From the NCBI GenBank assembly GCA_951406725.2, contig OX597843.1:15314001-15378000 (forward strand): a stretch of DNA of 64,000 nucleotides, in the 5' to 3' direction. Under the pieces are notes generated by a model. It was not told where the DNA came from and made no database searches. It worked only from the letters and a program-made list of their open reading frames with translations. How positions within the stretch are numbered: the stretch's first letter is position 1; the number at the start of each line of letters is the position of its first letter. Position numbers and translations under genes: made by a program. Origin of the DNA: Octopus vulgaris (Eukaryota). Below are positions 38,773 through 53,011 of this stretch, one piece after another.

Positions 38773-38838
38773 CAATTTGTGACACCAGCAGGACAATATC
38801 AACCACCAGTCTGCCAAACCACCCCATTGCAAAATATC
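38773..38838 (-). CDS. Transporter exon B (66 nt): (G)YFAMGWFGRLVVDIVLLVSQI-G
   Basis: Acceptor ttttttcaactttgtag and donor G|gtgagt. GRxxVD...SQIG is typical of Aa_trans proteins; phases 1/1. Confidence 0.93.
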
Positions 38839-39040
38839 CTACAAAGTTGAAAAAAAAAATTTTACATAATAATAATAATCCTTTCTAATTAAGGGACAAA
38901 GCCTGAAATTTTGTGGGAGGGGACTAGTTGATTGCAATGACCCCAGTGTTTCATCATCATCATCATCATTGCTTAACGTCCGTTTTCCATATATGTATGT
39001 ATATCTTTATCTATCTATATGTGTGTGTGTGTGTATTATA

Positions 39041-39070
39041 TACTAGCAGAGATACCCGGCCTTGCTCGGG
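39041..39070 (-). mobile_element. Helitron-like 3' terminus
   Basis: Minus strand reads cccgagcaaggccggg (hairpin) then tatctctgCTAG-T. Confidence 0.5.
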
Positions 39071-39542
39071 ATTTTATATTTTATATTTTTCTCTTTGTTT
39101 TTCTCTTGTATCCATTCTGTATATTCTAAGAATGATATGTTAAGGAGCTTTTTTTTTTTGAGAAACACGGGATGAGTTTAATCCATATATTGTGACTTAA
39201 ATATATATGTATTTTTATCTATCTACTCATCTGTCTGTCTGTCTGTCTCTCTATATTTATATATATGTTATATACATAAATATACACACACACACGCACA
39301 CATACTGTTTTCATTCAGGACTACCTGGGCTACATTTTAAAGATGAGGAATTTTGCCCTAGAGGCCACGCCTTTCAATTGAGCAAACTCAAAGTTGCCAT
39401 GCAAACTCCCCACCACTTTTAATACAGGTGTGCAAATTTTCAGGTCAATCCGACCATATTTACTAAGACTTTTGCCTGCACAACTGCTTGTGTAACAACG
39501 TCCACCCTTTTCACAAATATATATATATATATAATTTATATG

Positions 39543-39626
<84 letters not shown>

Positions 39627-40697
39627 TGTACGTGTGTGTATGTATATATGTGCGTGTGTATGTATATGTGTGCATGTGTGTGTATATATGTGTGTGTATG
39701 TGTGTATATCTATCATCATCATCATCATCATCATCGTTTAACGTCCGTTTTCCACGCTAGCACGGGTTGGACGGTTCAACCGGGGTCTGGGGAGCCAGGG
39801 GCTGCCCCAGGCTCCAGTCTGGTCTGGCAGTGTTTCTACAGCTGGATGCCCTTCCTAACGCCAACCACTCCGCGAGTGTAGTGGGTGCTTTTTACGTGCC
39901 ACCTGCACAGGAGCCAGAGGAGTCTGGCATCGGCCACGATCGGTTGGTGCTTTTTATGTGCCGCCAGCACAGAAGCCATTCGAGGCAGGGTTGGCATCGG
40001 TCACGTTCGGATGGTGCTTTATATATATAACATATATATAAATATAGAGAGACAGACAGACAGACAGATGAGTAGATAGATAAAAATACATATATATTTA
40101 AGTCACAATATATGGATTAAACTCATCCCGTGTTTCTCAAAAAAAAAAAGAAGCTCCTTAACATATCATTCTACAAAAAATATAGAATATACAGAATGGA
40201 TACAAGAGAAAAACAAAGAGAAAAATATAAATTTTTTTTAGCCATTGGAATTCTTATTTAACGACAATTGTTTCACAGCTTAATAAGAACGTAGAGATGA
40301 TTTGTTTAATTATAGTTTATAATAAGTAATAAATTACTTCATGTCTGCATTAATATTAACGATCTGTAAATGAATGCAGATGTTAAGGCTGCTCTTCGGG
40401 TTAAACTAAGTCCATGTTAAAAAATAATCCCTCAACATGTTTCAAGAATGCAAAGTCAATATTTCTTTAAAAGAAGAACCTTATGGAATATAGAATACAA
40501 CAATAATCATAAAGTTAATAGAAGGGAAGGAGAATTTAGTGGGATATTAAAAAGTAACAGGTAGATAATTTCAGTAGAAGAAAAGGCAAGAGATATATTT
40601 ATCATTAATAACCTAGAAAAAGGATTGTAAAGATAAAGAGAAATATAACAGACTGAAGCTAAATAAAAGTTCTTAGAGATAATGTCTAGGAAATATA

Positions 40698-41683
40698 TCA
40701 TCATCATTGTTCAACCGTGGTCGAGACAATGGAATTTACCATGCTACGCCAGACTTCACAGTCCATCATAGCATTACGGAGGTCCTGTTGCTTGATGCCT
40801 GTATCCCTGGAGATTACATCAGGGTAGGAGAGTGTGCACCCTCTGGTATTGCGACCGTGGTCGAGACAATGGAATTTACCATGCTACGCCAGACCTCACG
40901 GTCCATCATAGCATCACAGAGGTCCTGTTGCTGGATGCCTGTATCCCTGGAGATTACATCAGGGTAGGAGAGTGTGCACCCTCTGGTATTGCGACCGTGG
41001 TCGAGACAATGGAATTTACCATGCTACGCCAGACTTCACGGTCCATCATAGCATTACGGAGGTCCTGTTGCTGGATGCCTGTATCCCTGGAGATTACATC
41101 AGGGTAGGAGAGTGTGCACCCTCTGGTATTGTGACCGTGGTCGAGACAATGGAATTTACCATGCTACGCCAGACCTCACGGTCCATCATAGCATCACGGA
41201 GGTCCTGTTGCTGGATGCCTGTATCCCTGGAGATTACATCAGGGTAGGAGAGTGTGCGCCCTCTGGTATTGCGACCGTGGTCGAGACAATGGAATTTACC
41301 ATGCTACGCCAGACCTCACGGTCCATCATAGCATTACGGAGGTCCTGTTGCTGGATGCCTGTATCCCTGGAGATTACATCAGGGTAGGAGAGTGTGCGCC
41401 CTCTGGTATCGCGAGTAGATGGCTTCCAGAGGAGAAGAGTAGAGATTACCTCTTTTTCAGCTCTACAACAATGTCCAGCAAACTGGACTCTCCTGCCTTT
41501 CACAAGAGATGACACAGGTGGTAGTTTCCCATATATTTGCATTTTGGTTGGATGGCGTTTCCACGAGAGATTTTGAGCTCTCATAAGGAGGCGAGTGTAT
41601 GTTCCATCCAACTGCCTCTCAAGCTTCTTTGATAACGTCCAGGTTTCTGAGCCATATAGTAGAATTGGTTATATATAGTAGAA
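40698..41683 (-). mobile_element. Second 5'-truncated RTE copy with a five-copy 140-bp 3' array (40712-41411)
   Basis: Units at 40712, 40852, 40992, 41132 and 41272; TSD taggaaatata at 40687-40697 and 41684-41694. Confidence 0.92.
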
Positions 41684-42854
41684 TAGGAAATATAGGATTG
41701 ATATCAAACATGAGAAATATGAACAATATTAAATTAAAGATTAGAATTTTTTAAATAAGTAAATATTTAAAGCAAAAAAAAAAAAAGTATGGAAGACAGT
41801 AAGGATAAAATTAATAGAAATTAATAAGACGGTTTTCTAAGAAGAAAAGAGAAATTTAGTAACGTATTAAAAAGTAACTAGTAGGTAGTTTTGGTACAAG
41901 AAAACAAAAAACATATTTATCATTAATAACCTAGGAAATAAAAGACCGTAAAGAAAGAGAAAAGAAGAAAAAGAAACAAAGTAAATATATGGAAAAATGA
42001 TACTGATAGGTGTTCGTTGAAAGTAAGTAGTTCTTATTATAATACAATAAGTTATACTAAAAGCATTTTACATATTAATCTCCTATTAATACTGTTAGTA
42101 TCTACATAAGTTTCTCTTTAAAAACTTCCATTTCATTTCACTTTGTCATTATTTCTTTTCCTCTATCTTTATGATCTTTTATTTTCTAGGTTCTGCAGAC
42201 TTTTAGGCAAGCTCCCTGCAGGGAGCTAACTGGATCCCGGGCCCAGGACTTAAGACAGCTAAATAGCATGACTATAATATATCTATAATGACTATATGCC
42301 CTGGTGGTGTTTGATCGAGGTTAAGGATGAATTAGAATTCTGTATGCAATCATTTGTGGAGGCACATGGCCTAGTGGTTAGAGTGGCAGACTCACAGTCA
42401 AAGGATTACGGGTTCAAATCTCAGACTGGGCAGTGTGTGTGTTTATGAGTGAAATACCTAAGCTCCATGTGGCTCCAGCAAAAGATAATAACTGCTGCTA
42501 ACTCTTTCACCACAACTTTCTCTCACTCTTTCCTCTTGCATCTGCGGTGGACCGGCATCCCGTCCAGGTGGGGAACCTATAGGTCAATGAAACCGAGAAA
42601 CCGGCCCTTATGAGCCAGGCATGTCTCGAGAAGGAACAAACAGCAACAACAACAACAATCATTCTATCATTCCAGTCCCAAGTTTGGCCAATTTGTCCCA
42701 AAGTTCTCAAAATAAACTTAATGAAGTGAACTTCACCTCCTCCTTGACCTCTGACATCATCTGACAAACGCCAACCAAGATGGCGTGAATCAGCCTAGAT
42801 TATCTGCTAGAAATAGTAACTCAAATACTTTTAAATCAGATCCCAGTAATCAAT

Positions 42855-43247
42855 ACTCTTTTACTCTTTTACTTGTTTCAGTCATTTGACTGCGGCCATG
42901 CTGGAGCACCGCCTTTAGTCGATCAAATCGACCCCAGGACTTATTCTTTGTAAGCCAAGTACTTATTCTATCGGTCACTTTTACCGAACCGCTAAGTTAC
43001 GGGGACGTAAACACACCAGCATCGGTTGTCAAGCGATGTTGGGGGAACAAACACACACACACACATATATACATATACATATATACGACGGGCTTCTTTC
43101 AGTTTCCATCTACCAAATCCACTCACAAGGCTTTGGTCGGCCCGAGGCTATAGTAGAAGACACTTGCCCAAGGTGCCACGCAGTGGGACCGAACCCGGAA
43201 CCATGTGGCTGTTAAGCAAGCTACATACCACAAAGCCACTCCTGCGC
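42855..43247 (-). mobile_element. Dominant tRNA-derived SINE, full-length representative (many copies, e.g. 15397-15716, 16490-16841, 24300-24693, 25980-26601, 59702-60135, 63735-64000)
   Basis: Family head ggcgcaggagtggctgtgtggtaagtagc...gggttcagtccc, internal (GT/AT)n, tail gactgaaacaagtaaaagagtaaaaga. Confidence 0.9.
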
Positions 43248-43384
43248 CAATGTTTACTTCCCTTTTTTTTTATACCAAAATTATTCACAAGGTACTTTTT
43301 AACATTTTACTAAATTTCCCTTCCTTTCTTTAGAAAACTGTTTCATTAATTTCCATTGACTTTATCCTTATTGCATTCTACCTT

Positions 43385-43996
43385 TCACTGACCCTGGCTT
43401 ACACTTGTCCGACCTCCCATATACTGCATCAATATTCCTCACACTTTCCGGTGCGTTGTTGCCTTTACTGAACTCATAAAGCAAAATATGCCAAATATGG
43501 TCCTTTGTCCCTTCTATCACAGCTTTGAAAAAAATCATCATCATCATCACTGTCGTTTAACATCCACCTTCCAATACTGGCATAAGTTGGACACTTTGAT
43601 TGAGGTCTGGCAAGCCCAGAGGCTGCACCAGGCTCCAATCTGATTTGGGAAGGTTTCTACAGCTGGATGCCCTTCCTAATGCCAACCACTCCAAGAATAT
43701 AGTAGCTGCTTTTTACATACCACCGGCATGAGAGCCAGTCAGGCGGCACTGGCATCAACCACACTTGAATGAAGCTTTTGACGTGCCACTCAGGTGGCAC
43801 GGGCATCAGCCATACTTGAATGGTGATTTAACTGATAAAATCAAACTGCACTCTTCAAAACTTGTACTAAGAATAAGGACAAGGTAAAGTTACTTCCTGC
43901 TTTTATAGCAAGTTGATGCAGGCAGTTTATCCCGTCCCCCTATGACTTTTAGTTCATGCAATTGAAAAAAACCACATTATTTATGGGATGACCCAA
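43385..43996 (-). mobile_element. Partial second copy of the 32872-34441 mariner with the same nested insertion
   Basis: Near-identical to about 33870-34441 and ends at the TIR plus TA. Confidence 0.85.
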
Positions 43997-44129
43997 TACA
44001 CACACACGCCCTTGTATACATGTATGTATACAAGGGTGTCTATGTGTATATATGTATAAATCGATATGCATGTGTATATATAAACATATATATATACGCA
44101 CACACACACACACATGTGTGCATGTGTAC

Positions 44130-44181
<52 letters not shown>

Positions 44182-44260
44182 TGGAGTAAACACATAAATG
44201 TGAAACAAGGTGGAAAAAAGAGTACTCAAATACCAGTGGTAGAGTAATATGATTTATTTT

Positions 44261-44387
44261 AAGCAGCAGAAAATTCAACAAAACCTGTTACTCTGAGTTT
44301 CTCGTTGCCGTTCATCAGTTTTTTCAGTTCTGATGAACGGCAACGAGAAACTCAGAGTAACAGGTTTTGTTGAATTTTCTGCTGCTT
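44261..44387. ncRNA. Perfect 58-bp inverted repeat whose arms carry a minimal hammerhead core (Penelope-type; related fragment 13230-13372)
   Basis: CUGAUGA-A-CG(GCAA)CG-A-GAA-ACUC-A-GAGU-A| at 44330-44359, mirrored on the minus strand; stem I is imperfect. Confidence 0.6.
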
Positions 44388-44521
44388 TAAATAAAGTATA
44401 TATATATATATATAGATAGATAGATAGGTAGATAGATACTGACAGACAGACAGACACATACATAGACGTAGATAAATACAAGGCTATCTGTATAGACCAA
44501 ACAGGGGGAAAAAAAACTCAC

Positions 44522-44549
44522 CCAGATCACCATAGGTTAAATCCTGCAT
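44522..44549 (-). CDS. Amino-acid transporter (Aa_trans/SLC36-like) exon A, 28-nt micro-exon: MQDLTYGDL-G
   Basis: Acceptor ccatttgttttgttgtctttgaccag and donor G|gtgagt. It encodes the family's TYGDLG motif, and its phase-1 end joins exon B. Confidence 0.85.
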
Positions 44550-44601
44550 CTGGTCAAAGACAACAAAACAAATGGTAATATTAATAATAGTAAAGTGGTT
44601 T

Positions 44602-45181
44602 AATGGCGGGAGAGTGGTGGTGGTGGTGGGGGGGGGGACAAGAGATTGAGGAGAAAACCTCAAAGAACAAAAGAGTCACAAAAGGTGGGAGGATTAGAGG
44701 AGGAGGGGGAGGAGGAGGAGGGGAGAAGAAGAAGAAGAACAACAACAAAAAAAAACAAGATCATCAAGAAAGAAACAATATTAAAGTGAAGGAATTTGCC
44801 AAAACAAGAAATGAGGTGCAAGGAAATAATTATTTTATTTAATTAATTTACATTAAAAAAAAACTTTAATCAAATGCACAAAACACAAAAACAATGGCGG
44901 GAGAGTGGGGGGAGAGGGGGGACGAGAGATTGAGGAGAAAACCTCAAAGAACAAAAGAGTACAACACACAAAAGGTGGGAGGATTAGAGGAGGAGGGGGA
45001 GGAGGAGGAGGGGAGAAGAAGAAGAACAACAACAACAAAAAAAACAAGATCATCAAGAAAGAAACAATATTAAAGTGAAGGAATTTGCCAAAACAAGAAA
45101 CGAGGTGCAAGGAAATAATTATTTTATTTAATTAATTTACATTAAAAAAAAAACTTTAATCAAATGCACAAAACACAAAAA
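44602..45181. repeat. Direct tandem duplication, 2 x ~290 bp
   Basis: aatggcgggagagtgg starts at 44602 and 44892; both copies end aaatgcacaaaacacaaaa. Confidence 0.92.
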
Positions 45182-45197
45182 TAAAAAATGCACAGTT

Positions 45198-46776
<1,579 letters not shown>

Positions 46777-47604
46777 GTTTAGCGTCCGCTTTCCATGCTA
46801 GCATGGGTTGGACGGTTCAACTGGGGTCTGGGAAGCCAGAAGGCTTCATCAGGCCCAGTCAGATCTGGCAGTGTTTCTACGGCTGGATGCCCTTCCTAAT
46901 GCCAACCACTCCGTGAGTGTAGTGGGTGCTTTTTACGTGCCACCTGCACAGGTGCCAGACAGAGCTGGCAAACGGCCACAAACGGATGGTGCTTTTACGT
47001 GTCACCGGCACGGGGGCCAGGCGAGGCTGGCAACGGACACGAACGGATGGTGCTTTTACGTGCCACCAACACGGGGGCCAGACAGAGCTGGCAAACGGCC
47101 ACGAAACGGATGGTGCTTTTACGTGTCACCGGCACGGGGGCCAGGCGAGGCTGGCAACGGACACGGACGGATGGTGCTTTTACGTGCCACCAACACGGGG
47201 GCCAGACAGAGCTGGCAAACGGCCACGAAACGGATGGTGCTTTTACGTGTCACCGGCACGGGGGCCAGGCGAGGCTGGCAATGGACACGAACGGATGGTG
47301 CTTTTACGTGCCACCAACACGGGGGCCAGACAGAGCTGGCAAACGGCCACGAAACGGATGGTGCTTTTACGTGTCACCGGCACGGGGGCCAGGCGAGGCT
47401 GGCAACGGACACGAACGGATGGTGCTTTTACGTGCCACCAACACGGGGGCCAGACAGAGCTGGCAAACGGCCACGAAACGGATGGTGCTTTTACGTGTCA
47501 CCGGCACGGGGGCCAGACGAGGCTGGCAACGGACACGAACGGATGGTGCTTTTACGTGCCACCAACACGGGGTCCAGACAGAGCTGGCAAACGGCCACGA
47601 AACG
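46777..47604 (-). mobile_element. RTE 3'UTR-derived element with an ~11-unit A/B VNTR
   Basis: Same family as 11682-13218, with strict A/B alternation. Confidence 0.9.
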
Positions 47605-47880
47605 TTATAATTTTAAAAGAAATCATTGTTGTTGTTATTATTATCATCATTATTAAAGGCAGTAAGCTGGCCGAATGGTTAGCACACCGGGCGAAATGCT
47701 TAGCGGTATTTCGTCTGCCACTATGTTCTGAGTTCAAATTCTGCTGAGGTTGACTTAGCCATTCATCCTTTCGGTGGTCAATTAAATAAGTACCTGTTAT
47801 GCACTGGGGGTCAATGTAGTCAACTTGTCCCTCCCCACAAATTTGAGGGATTGTTCTTCCAGCAGAAAGGCTTATTATTA

Positions 47881-47924
<44 letters not shown>

Positions 47925-48188
47925 GAGTGAGAGAGCAGTTCATGCCATCAAAGTGACACTGGGGTAAAATATACGAAGCCCAATATACCCATCATGACTA
48001 CCCGTCTGATGAGGGTACACTAGGCACATGCATCACAACCATATGTGCACGACATGGTGATCTCATATCAAGATAAACAGCACATGACCTTGCAGGTGGG
48101 GCCCAGTTAGAATTTTCTTCAGGTCGAGTAACCCATCCCACTCAAAAGGTCCCTGAATAAGGGTTGTTTAAGGATGTTGAACGAAACA

Positions 48189-48227
<39 letters not shown>

Positions 48228-49038
48228 AGGCGGTGAGCTGGCAGAGTCGTTAGCACACCAGGTGAAATGCTTAGCAGTATTTTGTCTGCTGTTACGTTCT
48301 GAGTTCAAATTCCACTGAGGTCGACTTTGCCTTTCATCCTTTAAGGGACGATAAAATAAGTACCAGTGATGCATTGGGGTCGATGTAATCGACTTGCACC
48401 CCCCCCCTCCAAATGTCTGGCCTTGTGCCTATAGTAGAAAGGATTATTATTATTGTTACTAGTATACATGTGTCATAAAAAAAATTCTGATAGTTTCTCA
48501 AACAAATTGACGACAATACCATTTCTTTTTTTGATCTGGTACTTATTCTATCAGTCTCTTTTACTAAACCACTAATTCACAGGGATGTAAACAAACTAAC
48601 ACTGGTTACTAAGTCATTGGGAGGAGGCCAAACACACACACACATGCATACATATGACAGGCTTCTTTCAGTCTCCACCTACCAAACCCACTCATAAGGT
48701 ATCGATTGGCTGCAGGGTTATAGCAAAAGACAGTTGCCCTATGGCCACACAGTGGGACTGAACTCAAAACCACATGATCGCAAAGCAAGCTTCTTAACCA
48801 CACAGCTATGCCAGCACTTGTATGTATGGATGCGTGAGTATGCGTGTGTGTGTGTGTGTGTGTGTTTATGAGCACAGGTGTGTGTGTGGGGGTGTGGGTG
48901 GGGGGTACTTAATTCTTAGGCCTCCTCGTCATGATATCATGAGTTAATTAAAAACAAGGGACACAGTTATGCAAATGCCAGTGAAAACATGTGCGATTAT
49001 TGTACTGATTGAGGTGGTCATAGGTGGAGTGTCATTAC

Positions 49039-49086
49039 CTTGTTTCGAAACAGGTGAGGGTCGGCAAATGGAAGAAAAACGAACAC
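49039..49086 (-). CDS. Candidate upstream 48-nt exon of the same gene (phase-0 reading VFVFLPFADPHLFRNK)
   Basis: Good acceptor (cttttccatgctcatctctgtcag) and donor AAG|gtaatg. Open in all three frames with no recognisable motif, so phase and membership are unproven. Confidence 0.45.
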
Positions 49087-49159
49087 CTGACAGAGATGAG
49101 CATGGAAAAGTAGAGGAGGATAATACGATGGACAGAGATGAATACACAGAGACAGAGAG

Positions 49160-49376
49160 AGAGTGAGAGGGAGAAGAGAGGCAGAGGGAGAAGAGAGTGA
49201 GAGGGAGAAGAGAGGCAGAGGGAGAAGAGAGGCAGAGGGAGAAGAGAGGCAGAGGGAGAAGAGAGGCAGAGGGAGAAGAGAGTGAGAGGGAGAAGAGAGT
49301 GAGAGGGAGAAGAGAGGCAGAGGGAGAAGAGAGGCAGAGGGATAAGAGAGGCAGAGGGAGAAGAGAGGCAGAGGGA
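49160..49376. repeat. Purine-rich minisatellite (gagggagaagagaggca-type units)
   Basis: Read directly from the sequence. Confidence 0.9.
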
Positions 49377-49916
49377 GTTCTATTGTAAATTATGATTCAC
49401 CCAAACCCTAAACAGCTGTCAAGATAACTGACAGCAATGCTTTTGTATTCCAAATAATTAATATAATTATACTCATTAAGCCCACCTGTGTTTAACTGGC
49501 TTCAATCGATCAATCAATAGATACATATATATAGATAGACCGACATAGACAGACAGACAGACACATAGAGAGAGAGAGAGAGAGAGAGATACACACAGAC
49601 AGACAGATAAATAGATAGACAGACAGACAGACAGGCAGATATAGTAATTGAAGGTGAGAGATATATGAGGGTTTGGGGAGTGACAGAGGATAAGAGAGGT
49701 GTTAAGGATGGGTGGAATATAGCAGAGAGGAGAGGGCATGGCTGGAGGAAGATAATGAGGAATGGAAGTGGATCCAGGTGGAGGGAGGAAAGAGGAAGGT
49801 AATGAAAGGGGGGGAGGTAGTATGTGCCTATTCTGCTGGAAAAGATTTTTTTCCTGGGGCTTAACCACAGTAAGTGGGATGTTCTGGGATCCGGGGTACT
49901 TTGAATGGGCAGGGGG

Positions 49917-52900
49917 CTATGCGGAACTGGTGCAGGAAGCAGCCCGGGTCTTTGCAGTCACAGCATATCTCCAGAGATCTCGGTCCTTCACCTTTGCCTC
50001 AATGAGGCCCAACGCTCTGAGGTCATGCTTGACTACCTCATCCCATGTCTTCCTGGGTCTACCTCTCCCCCTGATACCTTCAACTGTTTGGGAGTGGCAC
50101 TTCTTCACACATCTCTCCTCATCCATCCGCAGTACATGACCATACCATCGCAAGCGTCGCTCTTGCACACCACATCTGATGCTTCTTATGTCCAGCATTT
50201 CTCTCAGGGTGCTTACACTCTGTCGTGCGCGCACACTGACATTACACATCCAACGGATCATGCTAGCTTCATTTCTTTCAAGTCTACGCATGTCCTCTGC
50301 AGTCACAGCCCATGTTTCACTACCATGAAGCATGGCAGTTCACACACATGCATCATACAATCTACCTTTCACTCTGAGCGAGAGACCCTTTGTCGCCAGT
50401 AGGGGTAGGAGCTTTCTGAACTTTGCCCAGGCTATTCGTATTCTAGTGGTGATACTCTCTGAGCATCCACCTCCACTACTAACTTGGTCACCCAGGTAAC
50501 GGAAACTATCAACTACTTCTAGTTTCTCCCCCTGGAGTGTGATGGAATCTGTTTTCTGAGTATCTGTGGTATCTATTGTCCCTGTGCATCTGCCGCACAT
50601 GAAAGCTATCTTATCTGTTAATTTCCCTTTAATGTTGCTGCACCTCTTGTGCATCCATAGCTTACATTGGGTGCATCTTATGGAGTTTCTACCTACACCT
50701 TTCCTACAGATCGAGCAGGGCCACCTGCCCGAGGGTGTGTGTGCTGAGTTCGCCTTTCTACTTACTATAACTTTGTTCTTCGCTACATTTACTCTAAGGC
50801 CCTTTAATTCTAACCCTTGCTTCCACAGCCGAAATTTCTTTTCTAGTTCCGGTAGTGATTCTGCTATGAGAGCCAGGTCATCAGCATAGAGGAGCTCCCA
50901 GGGGCATCCTGTTTTGAATTCCTCTGTTATTGCCTGGAGGACTATGATGAATACAAGGGGACTGAGGGCTGAGCCTTGGTGTACACCTACTTCTACCCGG
51001 AATTCTTCACTATATTCATTGCCAATCCTAACCTTGCCGACAGCCTCTCTGTATAGAGCCTGTACAGCCCTTATTAGCCATTCGTCAATTTCCAGTTTCC
51101 TCATCGACCACCAGATAAGGGATCGGGGAACCCTGTGAAAGGCTTTCTCCAAGTCCACAAAAGCTATGTAGAGGGGTTTATCTTTAGCTAGGTACTTCTC
51201 CTGCAGTTGTCGGACCAGGAATATAGCATCAGTGGTGCTTCTACCCGGCACAAAACCGAACTGCATCTCATCTAAGCAAATTCTCTCCCTAATGAGATGG
51301 GTTATGACCCTCTCTGTGACCTTCATCACCTGATCCAAGAGTTTAATACCCCTGTAGTTATTTCTATCTAGAGCATCACCCTTACCCTTGTAGCAATTGA
51401 CTATGGTGCTGCTACGCCAGTCATTGGGTATGACTCCATTATGAACTACCTGGTTTACAATGCGGGTGACTAGGCCATAGCCCACATAGCCAGCTGTTTT
51501 AAGCATCTCAGCAGTGATTCCTGATGGTCCGGGGGCTTTACCTGTTTTCATATCCTTAATTGCCTTAACTACAAGGGAGCTGTCTATTCGGATAGCTGGT
51601 CCCTCTACTGGGTCAATATTTGGCAGGCTCTCCTCCTCCCATTCATTCTCCACATTCAGTAGTCTTTCATAATGGCTTCTCCAAGCCTCTTTCTTTTCAC
51701 CAACATTAAAAGCAAGTGCCCCATCATCCATGCGGACACATTTCTCTCCTGTAACATCACTATTTTCTCTCACACACTGTCTGGCAATCCGAAATACCTC
51801 AGCTCTTTGGTCCTCACGTCGCTGGACATTGGCAAACTTCTTTTTTCTGCTACATCTTTGGCTATGTATACCTGCTGCCCAGCCTCCCTTTTGGCTACCT
51901 GGTACAGTTCCCTGCTGCCCCCATCCCTCCAGGCTTTCCAGGCCTGTCTCTTTGCACTAATGGCTTTGTCTACTGCACTATTCCACCACCACGTAACTCT
52001 AGGTCTGGAAGGGACTTTGCACCATCCACAGACTTGGTATGTGGCACTCAGCAAGCTGTCCCGTAGGAATTCCCAGCTACCTTCTATGTCCGACGTCTGA
52101 AGCTCCTCCTCCCTCTCATTAAATTTCTTGATGAGGATGTCCCTAAATCTCTGACCATGTGAAGGGTTCTTTAGCTTCCAAATCCTTCTTTTCTGGATTG
52201 GTTTGTTTCTTGGAGTCCTTCTGGCCTCAAGCTTAAAGTCACTGATGATTAGCCTATGCTGAGGGATACATTCTTCACCCGGGAGGGTCTTTGTATTTAA
52301 GAGCGACCCTGCATCCCGCTGTCTGGTGAGGATGAAGTCTATTTGGCTAGCGGAGTCTCCTGACTGATAGGTTATAAGGAGGCAGTCTGGCTTCCTGAAG
52401 TTAGTGTTGCAGACTAAAAGGTTACATGCATCACAGAATTCCAGTAATCTAGTTCCCTCATCATTTCTGGTGCCAATACCATGGCCACCGTGTACCCCAG
52501 TGAAGATACCCGATTTCCGCCCGACATGCCCATTAAAGTCTCCACCCACAAAGATGAGGTCCTTGCCACTAGTCTTTGAGGTAGCCTGTAGAAGGGTATC
52601 ATAAAATTGGTCCTTCTGATCATTTGGTAGTCCCGCTTGTGGGGCATAGGCAGAGATAATCGTAGCTGTGCCACTCTGTAGGACTAACCTGAGCTTAAGC
52701 ACTCTATCGCAAACCCTGACAACCTCTATGACCTTATCCACCCATTTCTCCGCAAGGAGAATGCCCACACCCCCTACACCATCCATGTTACCTGGCCAGA
52801 AGACTTTATACCTATGTGCCTTGCCTGTGAGGACCCTAGCTGAAGCACCTCTTCATCTTACCTCTTGTATGCAGCATACATCAACCCGTCTTCTCACAAG

Positions 52901-52980
52901 CACCTCTACAATCTCACTAGACCTACCTTTCAATGTACCAACATTGACAGTGCCAACTCTAAAAACTGGGAAGGAGATGT
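49917..52980 (-). mobile_element. Near-complete RTE-clade LINE ORF (APE endonuclease, RT, PHD-like Cys/His insert), disabled
   Basis: Motifs GTVNVGTL..QEVR, GDFNGHVG, SQIDFIL, QFGFVPGRST, FVDLEKAF, GVHQGSALSP, LYADDL and GRGRPRKTW. Stops and a frameshift split it into ORFs 51770..52786, 50340..51773 and 49917..50333. Confidence 0.96.
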
Positions 52981-53011
52981 GAAATATATATATATATATA
53001 TATATATATAT

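Noticed and set aside
42737-42760. 24-nt AG...GT segment on the minus strand, frame-preserving
   Set aside because: Weak pyrimidine tract and donor (gtgaag), and it would split the conserved TYGDLG motif.
48006-48030. CTGATGAG hammerhead-like start
   Set aside because: No stem II or GAAA follows, and the second copy reads CTGATAAG.
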